Source of the DNA: an uncultured Dialister sp.
Lineage (GTDB): Bacteria; Bacillota; Negativicutes; Veillonellales; Dialisteraceae
Length of the DNA: 64,000 bases
Direction: 5' to 3'
Assembly (NCBI GenBank): GCA_900543165.1
Contig: UQQQ01000003.1
Location: 283 to 64,282, forward strand
The position numbers were made by a program, and so were the translations under genes. How positions within the stretch are numbered: the first letter of the stretch is position 1; each line of letters starts with the position of its first letter. Below are positions 40,593-50,304 of the stretch, one piece after another. The notes beneath the pieces are model-generated. The model saw only the letters and a list, made by a program, of their open reading frames with translations, made no database searches and was not told where the DNA came from.

Positions 40593-41843
40593 ATGGATAT
40601 GATCAAGAAACTGCACCGCCAATTCATACTTCTGGCCACGCTGGCGGTGTTTATCATCGTGGCGGTCGCGCTCTCTGTCATCAATGGGATGATGTACCTC
40701 ATTGTGCGGGGGGACATTCATAATGTGCTGGAAACCATCGCAGACAATGGCGGCGTCATCACCACGCGGCGCACGAGCGGGGAAGGCTGGCTCCCGGATG
40801 GCAGTTGGGTCGAGGATACGCCGGAATTTACGTACCAGACCCGTTATTTTTCCGTCTTGCTGGACAGTGATGGCACAGCCAAGGTGACGAATATCAATCA
40901 CATCGCGGCTTTTTCGGCGGAAAGTGCGGTAGAGGCAGCGGTGGCTGCGGTGAAGACGGGGGAGAGCGAAGGCTATTTCCAAAAACAGAAGGGAACCTAT
41001 GCGTACCATGTGAGCCGCACTGCGGAGGGCGATCTGCTGGTCGTCATTCTGGACTGCACGCGCGATCTCTCGGCGGTGAAGGCCTTCCTGAAATATTCTT
41101 CTCTCTTCGGGCTGCTCTGTCTTCTGCTTTTCGTCGGTATCGTGACGGTGCTTTCGGGGATCGCGATTCGTCCCTTCGTCAGAAATATGGAGAACCAGAA
41201 GCGATTCATTACGAATGCCAGCCATGAGCTGAAGACGCCGATCGCGATCATTTCCGCGAATGCAGAGGCGATGGAGCTGATCAACGGCAAGAACGAGTGG
41301 ACGGGCAATATCATTTCGCAGGTGAAGCGCCTATCGCTCCTCATCAATGACCTTGTGTTGCTCTCCAAGATCGGGGAAACGTCAGCCAAGGACTTGACGC
41401 TTATCGATACGGATCTTTCGGAGGCGGTGAAGAGCAGTACGGGTAGTTTCCGCCAGATGATCGAAGACGCAGGGAAGACGCTCTCTGTAGAAGCGGGAAG
41501 CGGCATCCGCGCGAAGGTCGAGTCGCGGCTCTTCTCAGAAATCGTGAGCATCCTTCTGGACAATGCGGTCAAGTATTGTGATGAGAAGGGAACGATCACC
41601 GCTCATCTGGAGAAAAATAAAAAGGGCGTGATCCTCTCTGTTTCCAATCCTTACAAAGAGGGAGCGTCTGAGGACTATGAACGCTTCTTTGAGCGGTTCT
41701 ATCGCGGAGATACATCGCACAACAGCAAAAAGTCCGGCTATGGCATCGGGCTCTCCATGGCGCGCGACATGGCAAGGCTCATGAAGGGAAGCCTCGATGT
41801 GTCATACAAGGATGGGGTCATCACGTTTAGCGTGAGCCTGTAG
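40593..41843 (+). CDS. Sensor histidine kinase.
   Basis: Two TM helices, H-box NASHELKTPIAII, HATPase_c G-boxes. Confidence 0.75.
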   Translation: MDMIKKLHRQFILLATLAVFIIVAVALSVINGMMYLIVRGDIHNVLETIADNGGVITTRRTSGEGWLPDGSWVEDTPEFTYQTRYFSVLLDSDGTAKVTNINHIAAFSAESAVEAAVAAVKTGESEGYFQKQKGTYAYHVSRTAEGDLLVVILDCTRDLSAVKAFLKYSSLFGLLCLLLFVGIVTVLSGIAIRPFVRNMENQKRFITNASHELKTPIAIISANAEAMELINGKNEWTGNIISQVKRLSLLINDLVLLSKIGETSAKDLTLIDTDLSEAVKSSTGSFRQMIEDAGKTLSVEAGSGIRAKVESRLFSEIVSILLDNAVKYCDEKGTITAHLEKNKKGVILSVSNPYKEGASEDYERFFERFYRGDTSHNSKKSGYGIGLSMARDMARLMKGSLDVSYKDGVITFSVSL

Positions 41844-42272
41844 AGGGCTAGTCCGTGGAGCGGGCTGTTCCCTTGATTACGGGCGAAAGCTTCGCTTGAA
41901 TTAGAAATTAGAAATGAGAAATGCGAAATGGTGGTGCGGTGCCAGATCCTTCGACTCAGTTCTCACTGTTCCGCCTTTACATGATCGAACATCCGACATT
42001 TCACTCCGCTCAGGATGACGAAATGCGCCGCGGAGTATAAATAGGGCGATGCCATGAGCTGGCATTTTAGTTACTAGTCACTGGCTACTCATTGCTACAG
42101 GTTCTATGGGTTCAACGGGTTCTGAAGGTTCTAAGGGTTCAGGTGGCGGCTTCGCCGCAGTATAAAGAAAGGCGATGCCCGAGGGTGGCATTTCAGTCAC
42201 CAGTCACTAGTCACTCCAATCCCCAATCCCTAATCCCGAATCCCTAGCTACTAATTCCTAGTCACAATCACT

Positions 42273-42306
42273 AAAAAACCTCGCCATATGGCGAGGCCTT
42301 TTTTAT
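42273..42306. terminator. Bidirectional terminator (CCTCGCCATATGGCGAGG + T-run) overlapping the Fe-ADH stop.
   Basis: Palindromic hairpin flanked by AAAAAA and TTTTTTATTTTTT. Confidence 0.7.
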
Positions 42307-43358
42307 TTTTTCAGTGCTTCGACATCCGCGATGGCTTTTCTCAAAAGCTCTGCGGTGACAGGATAGGGGACCTTGTTGAGGTCCGGCTTTGTGAGTGCAT
42401 TGGCGATGAGTTCTTCCGGATCGGTGAGGCCGATGTCAGAAAGAGAGTGCGGGAGATGCGTGCGTTCGCAGAAGGCGTAGAGCTTGTTTCTTTCTTCCCG
42501 CTGTCCGTCCAAGGTGAGGAGGACGAGGGTGCCATAGCAGACGACCGCGCCGTGGAGGTGCGCTCCTTCATGGGCTACGCCGGTGTGAGAATTGTAGAGG
42601 GCATGTGCGACGCTGGAGTTGTAGTCTTCCGGTTCCAGATTCGAAATGATGCCGGTGGAGCAGACGATATTCTGGGCTACATACTCGAGGGCTTCGCCGG
42701 CTGTCTTTTCATCAGCAGATTTCAGCGCGGCTTCGCCGTATTCGAGAAGGCCCTGCGAGCAGGTGCCGGCCAGCGTGACGCCGAGATTTCTGCCGTAGGG
42801 GAGGACATCGCCTCTGGCAGAGAATTCGACTTCGTACTGTTTGGAGAGCGCGTCGCCGATGCCGGCCCAGAGGTATTCTCTTGGCGCATTTGCGATGACG
42901 CCGGTATGGATGAAGGTGTGGTAGGACGGACGATCAACGTAGTAGACCTGGCGGAAGGTGTGGTCTTCGTAGTAGTATGCGCCGACAGCGGTGACGGGAG
43001 CGCAGTTCGAGGCGAGGGTCGGGAAGGTGAAGTAGGGCTTGCCTGCTTCAGCAGCTGCTTTCTTCGCCGTGTCGATGGCGCGGCCGCCGCCCATGGCAAA
43101 GACCATGTCCGCTTTCTGGAAGGCTTCGTTTTCTTTCAGCGCTTCGGCGTTTTCAAATGTCGCATCGCCGCCGTAGTAGAGGGAGTCGAGGATCTCCATC
43201 TTGCCTTCCAGCGCTTTCCGAAGGAGCGGCTCGGCAGCGGCTCTGGACTTGTGCCCGCCGATGAGGACGGCGGTCTTTCCGAAGTGATGGCAGACATCGT
43301 AGACGCTGTCATATGCGTCAGTACCGATGGTATAGCTGGGGAGGAACTGGTTTGTCAT
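42303..43358 (-). CDS. Iron-containing alcohol dehydrogenase family (glycerol-dehydrogenase-like).
   Basis: MTNQFLPSYTIGTDAYDSV…LIGGHKS…GGGRAIDTAK… ATG at 43356-43358 with GAAGG. The upstream track extension has no RBS. Confidence 0.65.
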   Translation of the reverse strand: MTNQFLPSYTIGTDAYDSVYDVCHHFGKTAVLIGGHKSRAAAEPLLRKALEGKMEILDSLYYGGDATFENAEALKENEAFQKADMVFAMGGGRAIDTAKKAAAEAGKPYFTFPTLASNCAPVTAVGAYYYEDHTFRQVYYVDRPSYHTFIHTGVIANAPREYLWAGIGDALSKQYEVEFSARGDVLPYGRNLGVTLAGTCSQGLLEYGEAALKSADEKTAGEALEYVAQNIVCSTGIISNLEPEDYNSSVAHALYNSHTGVAHEGAHLHGAVVCYGTLVLLTLDGQREERNKLYAFCERTHLPHSLSDIGLTDPEELIANALTKPDLNKVPYPVTAELLRKAIADVEALKK

Positions 43359-43505
43359 GGGATGGCCTTCTTTTGTAAATGATGTGTGGAAATGGATGAT
43401 TTCTATTGTAGTAGATTTTGGGGTATGGTTCAATGGGGTTCAGGGTTCAGGGTTCAGGGTTCAACGGGGACGGTGCCCCGTCTCCTAGTCACCAGTCACC
43501 AGGCA

Positions 43506-44507
43506 CTAGTCTGTCGCAAGCTCGCGGACGTTGACGGCTTCGGTTTCTTCTTCTTCGCTGAATCTCGGGTTTAGGTAGTTGACGCAGGCCCAGGCGAGGA
43601 CAGCACCGGAGATGGTGAACCAAGCGGAGAAGATCGCGCCCGGTACGACGGCTGCCGGCATGGAAGCGAAGTGGACTTTGGCAAGACCGGTGGCGAGGCC
43701 GGAATTCTGCATGCCGACTTCGACGGAGAGAGTGACGGCTTTCTTCCAAGAGAGGCCGCAGAGTTTGGCTACGGCAAGACCTAAGACATAGCCGAGCGTA
43801 TTGAAGAGGACGACGACTGCGAGGATGACGCCGAGGTTATCCATGATGGCTTTGTGGGAGGCACCGACGACGCCGGCGATGATGAGGCAGATGGTGACAG
43901 AGGAGACGGCGGGGGTGTAGTCTGTTGCGACAGCGGCTGCTTTCGGGAGGAAGTATTTCAGCGCAAGGCCGAGGCATACGGGGAGGATGACGATCTGCAG
44001 GATGGAGAGGAACATGCCGACCGGATCGAAGGCGATTTCCTTACCGATGAGGAAGAAGGTCAGCGCCGGGGTGAGGACCGGAGAAAGCAGGGTGGAGACG
44101 GAGGTCATGGTGACGGAGTACGCGAGGTCGCCTTTGCTCATATAAGTGATGACGTTGCTCGTCGTGCCGCCGGGGCAGGCGCCGAGGAGGCTGAGGCCGG
44201 CGGTGAGGCCAGGCTCGAGGGCAAAGAGTGTACCCAGTGCGAAGGCGAGGAATGGCATGATGGTGTACTGCGCGAGCGTACCGAGGAAGATGTCGCGCGG
44301 ACGGCGGAAGATGACGAGGAAGTCTTTGAGGTCAAGCGTGGTGCCCATGCCGAACATGATGACGCTGAGCAGTACGGAGAGGACGGAGACGCCCTGGACT
44401 TTGCCTAAGATCCAAAGCCAGCTAGTCGGGGTGACAAGACCGAGTACAAGAAAGACGACGGCCATGACGCCGAAATATTTCGCAAGCATTTGACAACATT
44501 TTTTCAT
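43506..44507 (-). CDS. Bile acid:sodium symporter (BASS) family transporter.
   Basis: 333 aa, ~9-10 TM. RBS AGGAG 8 nt upstream. Confidence 0.7.
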   Translation of the reverse strand: MKKCCQMLAKYFGVMAVVFLVLGLVTPTSWLWILGKVQGVSVLSVLLSVIMFGMGTTLDLKDFLVIFRRPRDIFLGTLAQYTIMPFLAFALGTLFALEPGLTAGLSLLGACPGGTTSNVITYMSKGDLAYSVTMTSVSTLLSPVLTPALTFFLIGKEIAFDPVGMFLSILQIVILPVCLGLALKYFLPKAAAVATDYTPAVSSVTICLIIAGVVGASHKAIMDNLGVILAVVVLFNTLGYVLGLAVAKLCGLSWKKAVTLSVEVGMQNSGLATGLAKVHFASMPAAVVPGAIFSAWFTISGAVLAWACVNYLNPRFSEEEETEAVNVRELATD

Positions 44508-44649
44508 GGTAGAGCTCCTTGGGGAAATGAATACAGGGTTCAGATCGAATGAGGATGGGGACTATGCCGCCGGTCTTTTGGGGCATAGCCTTTCAGGCAG
44601 AATGTTCAATATCACTTTCCATAAGGATCCCTTCTTTCTGCAAAACTCG

Positions 44650-44945
44650 CGGTAGAGCAGGGATTGGAAATAAAAAAATCCGTCCCTCGACTGAGGGACG
44701 GATACTGGTTCCGCGTTACCACCCTGATTCCTGAAGGATATGACTATCCCAGGCGCTCTACAACGTACAAACATACGCGTTTCCTGTAACGTGGAAATGA
44801 CGTCGGCGCTTAATAGGTTTCAGCACCGCACCTCAGGGATGATTTTCATATGTCCTGTCCTGCCGGATTGCACCAGACTCCGGCTCTCTGAGAAGATCTC
44901 GGAAATACTACTCTTTCCCTTCAAAGGGTTTTCTTCGTGTGAAGA
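44650..44945 (-). promoter_or_regulatory. T-box riboswitch leader with sigma70-like promoter (TTGACA 44977-44982, TATAAT 44953-44958) and terminator (44672-44704).
   Basis: On the minus strand: the T-box sequence AATCAGGGTGGTAACGCGG (plus 44711-44729); an AGAGA/GUA stem I; a candidate specifier loop ...GAAAAUCAUCCC (AUC = Ile, tentative); and a terminator hairpin ATCCGTCCCTCAGTCGAGGGACGGAT followed by a U-run. Confidence 0.75.
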
Positions 44946-45147
44946 TGAGCTGATTATACAGGACGGGATATGCATCTGTCAAGCGTTTGCAAAATATGGA
45001 AAATGGGACGTTCTCATGGGCAAGGATGAGAAATTTAGATAATTAGTGGCTAGTCACCAGTCACTCATCCCAAGCTACTCATCCCTGCTTTCAAACTGTT
45101 TCTCTTGTAGTATAATAGAAAAAACTTTTTTCGAAGGAGATACATGT

Positions 45148-46049
45148 ATGGATGCCATATTGCAAGGTCTTTCCGGCATTTTTGAAGTGGTTCTCATGGC
45201 GGGGCTGGGCTTTTTCTTAGCGAAGAAGGGCTGGTTCTGGGAGAATGCGGCGAAGAATCTGACATAGCTCACGATGACTGTCGCGCTGCCGCCGCTCATG
45301 ATTCATTCGCTGTATGCGAATTTCACGCATGATGCACTGATCGCGGCGGCGCCGGATCTGGTGCTGCCCTTTGTTTCTATCTTCGCCAGTTACCTCGCTG
45401 GGCATGTGCTCGCATCCGTGCTTCATATCTCCAAGGGACGCCGCGGCATTTTTATCTGTACCTGCTGCATTGCGAATGCCATCTTCATCGGCGTGCCGTC
45501 GTGCATGCTGTACTATCTGGCGAATACGACGATGTTCTGGGCGCTGGGGCGTACCTCATCATACGGGATGCCGGCGGGGATCACCATTTCACGCCGCGGG
45601 AGATGCTCTTGAAGCTCCGCACTCCGCCGCTCATGGGATTCGCAGCGGGCGTCATCCTGCTCCTTGTGAATGTCCCCATCCCGCACTTTGCGATGGCAGC
45701 GATGAAGTATGTGGGCGGTATGGCGACGCCGATGGCGCTCATGGTCATCGGTATCCAGATGAGCCAGATCCCTCTTTCCTCCATCCATTTCGATAAGGAC
45801 TTGGTGGGGGCGATGGCGGGCCGTTTCCTTCTGGCACCGCTCTGCCTCTTCCTGCTTCTTCCCGTCATTCCGGTTTCCGAGATGTCTTCCAAGGTCTTTC
45901 TCATGCAGGCGGGGATGCCGGCGATGACGAATATGACGATCCTCGCGACTGCGGTCGGAGCGGATGCGGAGTACTCGACGACGGTGAACTGCGTCTCGCT
46001 CGCTTTGGGCGTATTCTTCGTGCCGTTTTACATGTATATGCTGGCGTGA
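45148..46049 (+). pseudogene. AEC (auxin efflux carrier/malate permease) family transporter, disrupted by an in-frame TAG (45265-45267) and a G-tract frameshift (~45545).
   Basis: The three track ORFs 45046..45267, 45274..45612 and 45501..46049 are contiguous AEC sequence. Adding one G at GCTGGGGCG restores ...MFWALGAYLII... Confidence 0.65.
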
Positions 46050-46059
46050 GGGGGCTGCG

Positions 46060-46615
46060 CCAATTAGAAATGAGAAATGAGAAATTAGAAATGGTGGTGG
46101 CAGCTTCGCTGCATTTTAGATGATGGTATTCCCGTATCGTCAGCCTTCCCCTCGAGGGGAAGGTGCCCCGAAGGGGCGGATAAGGCACAGGCGGCATGAA
46201 AGAGAGCGGGAAGGAGCGTCTCAAGTCGACGATTTACGAAAGCACCCGAGCGCCGCTCCGCGGTCCCCCTTCCCCGATGGGGAAGGCTAAGAGGTGCGAC
46301 GCTTCGCGTCGATTTTTTATAAAGGGCGATGCCCGAAAGTGGTATTTAAGTCACTAGTCCCCAGTCCCTAGCTACTCATCCCTGCTTTGAAACGTCAGGG
46401 GTTGTGGTGGCGGCTTCGCCGCATTTTAGATGATGATACGAGGGAACCTGCTATCAAGAGCCCTTCGGGCATCGCCCTGTTTATACTCCGCGGCGATGCT
46501 GATTTTTATGCGCCGCACTACCATTTCTCATTTCTCATTCAAGCGAGGGTTTCAAACGTAATCAAAGGGCGACTCGCTCCACGGGCTAACCCTGAACCCT
46601 ATATTTTCCCCAAGG
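46060..46615. repeat. Composite repeat block (module A, full GC-hairpin module 46110-46350, heptamers, and inverted module A).
   Basis: Near-identical to 20936-21195 and 27826-28030. Confidence 0.8.
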
Positions 46616-46623
46616 AGTCTTCT

Positions 46624-48312
46624 ATGAAATCTAGCGAATGGTCGATTTCCTTTCTCCAGCAGCTCTTCTCGCTGACGAGCCGCTACTGGAGATCCGAAGA
46701 AAAGAAGAGTGCCTATGCCTATCTTTTTGGCATCGTGATCCTTACGATCGCAGCGGTCTACATGACACTGCTCCTGAACGACTGGTTCAATGAATTTTAC
46801 AGCGCGCTGCAGAATTACGATGCGGATGCGGTCTATCACGGGCTGATCCGTTTCACCGGGCTCGCCTTTGCACACATCGCCTTTGCGGTCTATGCGTACT
46901 ATCTGCAGCAGCAGCTCGCGCTCCGCTGGCGGCGCTGGCTGACGGAGGAATACCTCGCCCGATGGACGGAGCGGGAGATGTACTACCGCATGGATATGTT
47001 CTCCAAGGAGGCGGACAATCCGGATCAGCGAATTTCAGAAGACATCAATCTTTTCACGGCGCGCACGCTTTCTTTCATGTCGGGGCTTCTGAAGGCCATC
47101 ACCACCATCGTCTGTTTTATTTTCGTGCTGTGGCAGCTGTCGGAGCCGCTGCCCTTCACCGTGGGCGGCGAGACGTATCATATCTATGGCTATCTCGTGT
47201 GGACGGCGCTCATCTACTCCCTCATCGGCACGTGGATCACGCATCGGGTCGGGCATCGGCTTGTGGGGCTGAATTTTGTGCAGCAGAAGCTGGAAGCAGA
47301 CTTCCGTTATGCCATGGTGCGGCTTCGCGAAACGGCGGAAAGTGTTGCTTTCTATGAGGGCGCGGCGCGCGAGCGGGGGATACTTTCTACCCGTTTTGGG
47401 AAGCTCATCGAGAATACGATCTACATCATCAAGAAGCAGAAGCAGCTTTCTTGGCTCACCAATTCCTATGGGCAGATCGCGATCATTTTCCCCTTCGTCG
47501 TCGCGGCGCCCCGCTATCTTTCGAAGCATATTTCCTTAGGCGGGCTCATGCAGGTGGCGAACTGCTTCGGCAAGGTGCAGGAGTCGATGTCCTACTTCGT
47601 CGACGTGTACAGCTCGCTGGCGGAGTGGCAGTCCTGTGTGGATAGGCTGCTCACCTTCGATGCGCACATGGCGGACATCCGGGAAGAGACGGACCGCGCA
47701 GGGAAGATGGAGCGGCGCGAGGGGAAGGAGCTCCGTCTCTCGGATGTAGAAATCGATGTCCCCGGCGGCCGTGTGCTCTGCCGTCATCTGGATGCGGTCA
47801 TCCATGCGGGGGAGAAGGTCATCATCAAGGGTCCTTCCGGTTCTGGGAAATCGACGCTCCTTCGCGTGCTCGCTGGTTTCTGGCCCTATGCGAAGGGCGA
47901 GATGATCCTGCCTCTCAAAAAGGAAACCATGTTCATCCCGCAGAAACCCTACATGCCGATGGGAACGCTCGCCGAAGCTGTCGCATATCCGGATATCGGG
48001 CTTTCGCGGAAGGAGTGGGAAGCGCTGCTTGCGTTCTCCGGGCTTTCCCACCTGATTCCGCTGCTGGACAGCGAAGGCGACTGGAGCCATATCCTCTCTC
48101 TGGGCGAGCAGCAGAAGCTCGCTTTTGCGCGCGTCTTCGCGAAGCGGCCCCGCTGGGTCTTCCTCGATGAAGCGACATCCGCGATGGATGAGGAGACCGA
48201 GAGTCGTCTCTACGGGCATCTCGCCTCCCTCCCCGGCATCACCGTCGTCAGCGTGGGCCATCGCTCGACATTGGACAAGTGGCATGGGAGGGTGTGGGAG
48301 ATAGGAGAGTGA
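46624..48312 (+). CDS. ABC transporter, fused permease/ATPase (SbmA/BacA-YddA-like, ABCD-type).
   Basis: MKSSEWSISFLQQLF…NPDQRISEDIN (ABCD-family signature). Walker A GPSGSGKST, LSLGEQQKLAFAR signature. RBS AAGGAG. Confidence 0.7.
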   Translation: MKSSEWSISFLQQLFSLTSRYWRSEEKKSAYAYLFGIVILTIAAVYMTLLLNDWFNEFYSALQNYDADAVYHGLIRFTGLAFAHIAFAVYAYYLQQQLALRWRRWLTEEYLARWTEREMYYRMDMFSKEADNPDQRISEDINLFTARTLSFMSGLLKAITTIVCFIFVLWQLSEPLPFTVGGETYHIYGYLVWTALIYSLIGTWITHRVGHRLVGLNFVQQKLEADFRYAMVRLRETAESVAFYEGAARERGILSTRFGKLIENTIYIIKKQKQLSWLTNSYGQIAIIFPFVVAAPRYLSKHISLGGLMQVANCFGKVQESMSYFVDVYSSLAEWQSCVDRLLTFDAHMADIREETDRAGKMERREGKELRLSDVEIDVPGGRVLCRHLDAVIHAGEKVIIKGPSGSGKSTLLRVLAGFWPYAKGEMILPLKKETMFIPQKPYMPMGTLAEAVAYPDIGLSRKEWEALLAFSGLSHLIPLLDSEGDWSHILSLGEQQKLAFARVFAKRPRWVFLDEATSAMDEETESRLYGHLASLPGITVVSVGHRSTLDKWHGRVWEIGE

Positions 48313-48699
48313 AGGTTCGGGGTTAGCCCGCGGGCGCCTCGCCCATGGATGGCGGTTGAAAGCTTTGCTCGAATGAAAAATGAGAAATGGTGGTGCGGCG
48401 CATAAAAATATGGAAGCGCCGCGAAGTATACATACTGGTGATGCCCGAAGGGCTCTTGATAGCAGGTTCCCTCGTATCGTCAGCCCCCTTGCGGGGAAGG
48501 TGCCCCGAAGGGGCGGATAGGGCACAGGCGGTATGAAAGACAAATGAGGAAGAATGCCTCCCAGTCTCCCAGTCCCCTAGTCCCTAGTCACCAGTCACTA
48601 GCTACTAGCTACTCATCCCTGCTTTCAAACTTAGGGAAACGCTGAATGCAATGGGACAATAGGCAGCAGATTGGCTGCGCTTATTGTTAGTTATTCATC

Positions 48700-48780
48700 A
48701 TTGTTAATCTTGACAATCTCCGGTCAACCTCTTTATACTATTAGTCATAAGCCGAAGCGGAGGCTTCGGCTATCTTTTTG
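48700..48780 (+). promoter_or_regulatory. Putative bio promoter (TTGACA 48710-15 / TATACT 48734-39) with a candidate BirA operator half-site pair (ATTGTTAATC…GGTCAACCTC).
   Basis: The -35/-10 elements have 18-nt spacing. The imperfect inverted repeat resembles the Firmicute BirA box TTGTTAAC-N-GTTAACAA. A second imperfect palindrome AGTTAACTTCAAATGTCAATATATGTTGACAA lies at ~48795-48830. Confidence 0.4.
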
Positions 48781-48912
48781 AAATGATAGTTAACTTCAAA
48801 TGTCAATATATGTTGACAAATAAAGAAGGCAAGAAGGGATCAGACGAAGAGACTGGAAGACATCTGAAGTCAAACGTCTTCCAGTCTCCATTTTTCCAAA
48901 GGAGTGACACCA

Positions 48913-49671
48913 TTGTTGTACAGTGTAAAGATGCGTTCGAGCCTTGGCGGCTCACATGGCGTGGGGGGACGCCATATTTCCGGAGCCGAAAGGATCGTGC
49001 CCGAGGATGGACTCGAGGAGCAGGTGATCGCCATGCTGCGCCGTGCGAGGATGCACGAGCGCGGGCGAGCCGATTTCATTCAGGTGAAAGTGGAAGAGAT
49101 CAAAGAGAAAGACATCATGACCTGCCCGCTGATCCCGATGTACCAGATGAATACCGTAACGAAGGACGAGGGGCGGCAGGCTGCGAGGAAGGAGCTTCTC
49201 CGCATCGGTGTCAGCAAGACCGCGGTAGAGAGTGCCTTCCGTGAGCTGGAATCTTTGACTGACAGCATGCGCGGGGCGATCGTGATGGATGCGGTGACGG
49301 GCGAGCGTCTCGATGACCGCGCCGAGCGCGGTGTGCGCTGCAGCAACATGGACTGCGAAGATACGGCGCTCTATGAAGCGCGCATGGCAGAAAAAGGGCT
49401 CGGCGGAGATCATCCGCGCGAAGCCCTCGTCCTCGCCTCGAAGGTGGCCTATGGCCCCGGCACGGTCGCCGAGCTCTGCTGGTCGGATGATCCGGACTAT
49501 GTGACAGGCTATGTGGGCTCCAAAAAATTCGGCTATGGACGTATCACTGTCATGAAGGACATGGGGGATCCCGTAGGCGGCCGTGTCTTCTTCGTCGAGC
49601 ACGGCACCGATGCGGCGGAGTATGACGACTATATGCAGAATCAGGTCGTGCTTGTGCGGATGGGAGAGTAG
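48913..49671 (+). CDS. bioW: 6-carboxyhexanoate-CoA ligase (pimeloyl-CoA synthetase) BioW.
   Basis: Strong similarity pattern to B. subtilis BioW (YSVKMRSS…HISGAERIV…AELCWSDDPDYVTGYVGSKKFGYGRITVMK…). TTG start with AAAGGAG. Confidence 0.75.
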   Translation: MLYSVKMRSSLGGSHGVGGRHISGAERIVPEDGLEEQVIAMLRRARMHERGRADFIQVKVEEIKEKDIMTCPLIPMYQMNTVTKDEGRQAARKELLRIGVSKTAVESAFRELESLTDSMRGAIVMDAVTGERLDDRAERGVRCSNMDCEDTALYEARMAEKGLGGDHPREALVLASKVAYGPGTVAELCWSDDPDYVTGYVGSKKFGYGRITVMKDMGDPVGGRVFFVEHGTDAAEYDDYMQNQVVLVRMGE

Positions 49672-49965
49672 GGACTGGTGGCTAAGAGATTAGGAGATTA
49701 GGAGACTAAGAGACATCAGACTCTCGTATCGTCATTTCGAGCGTAAGCGAGAAATCTTCCTTGCAGACCGAAAAACGAAGGATGTGTGAAAGTAGAAATA
49801 CGTAGCACAAAGGCGTCGTTTCCCTGCAGTGCCCATGTGATACTGACGCAGTGCAAGAAAGACCCTCGGCTGCGCTTTCGATGACGACGGCGCGAAGCGC
49901 TATCAAAATTCCGCGGCGCTTAGATCCTTCGACTCAGTTCTCCTATTTCAGATAAGCCATTATTT

Positions 49966-50129
49966 AAGGAAACGCTGATTCAATCGCAGAGTCAGCTTCC
50001 ACAAGAATTTTTATACATAGCTTCGTCATAACCTTCCTTAAATAGCTCGCTATTCGCGTCAGGTTATTCCTTGCTATGCCTAAAAATTCAAGAGTAAAAT
50101 CTGACAATGATTTAATCAGTGTTTCCTTA
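49966..50129. mobile_element. MITE (~164 bp) with 21-bp imperfect TIRs AAGGAAACGCTGATTCAATCG / AAGGAAACACTGATTAAATC.
   Basis: A second full copy is at 51521-51684. A right half is at ~53075-53146, a left part at 27769-27836, and a 47-bp hairpin mini-version at 52623-52669. Confidence 0.7.
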
Positions 50130-50304
50130 ACATACGACGTTTTTCTCCGTTCAGGATGACGAAATGCGCCGTACCACCCCGCTGAACCTATAGAACCCTT
50201 TGAACCTATAGAACCTATAGAACCCGCTCCCCCTCTTTTGCAAACAATCAAAGAGCGCCCTGCCCGCGGGCTAATCCTGAACCCATTTTTAGTGAGGTAT
50301 ACCC

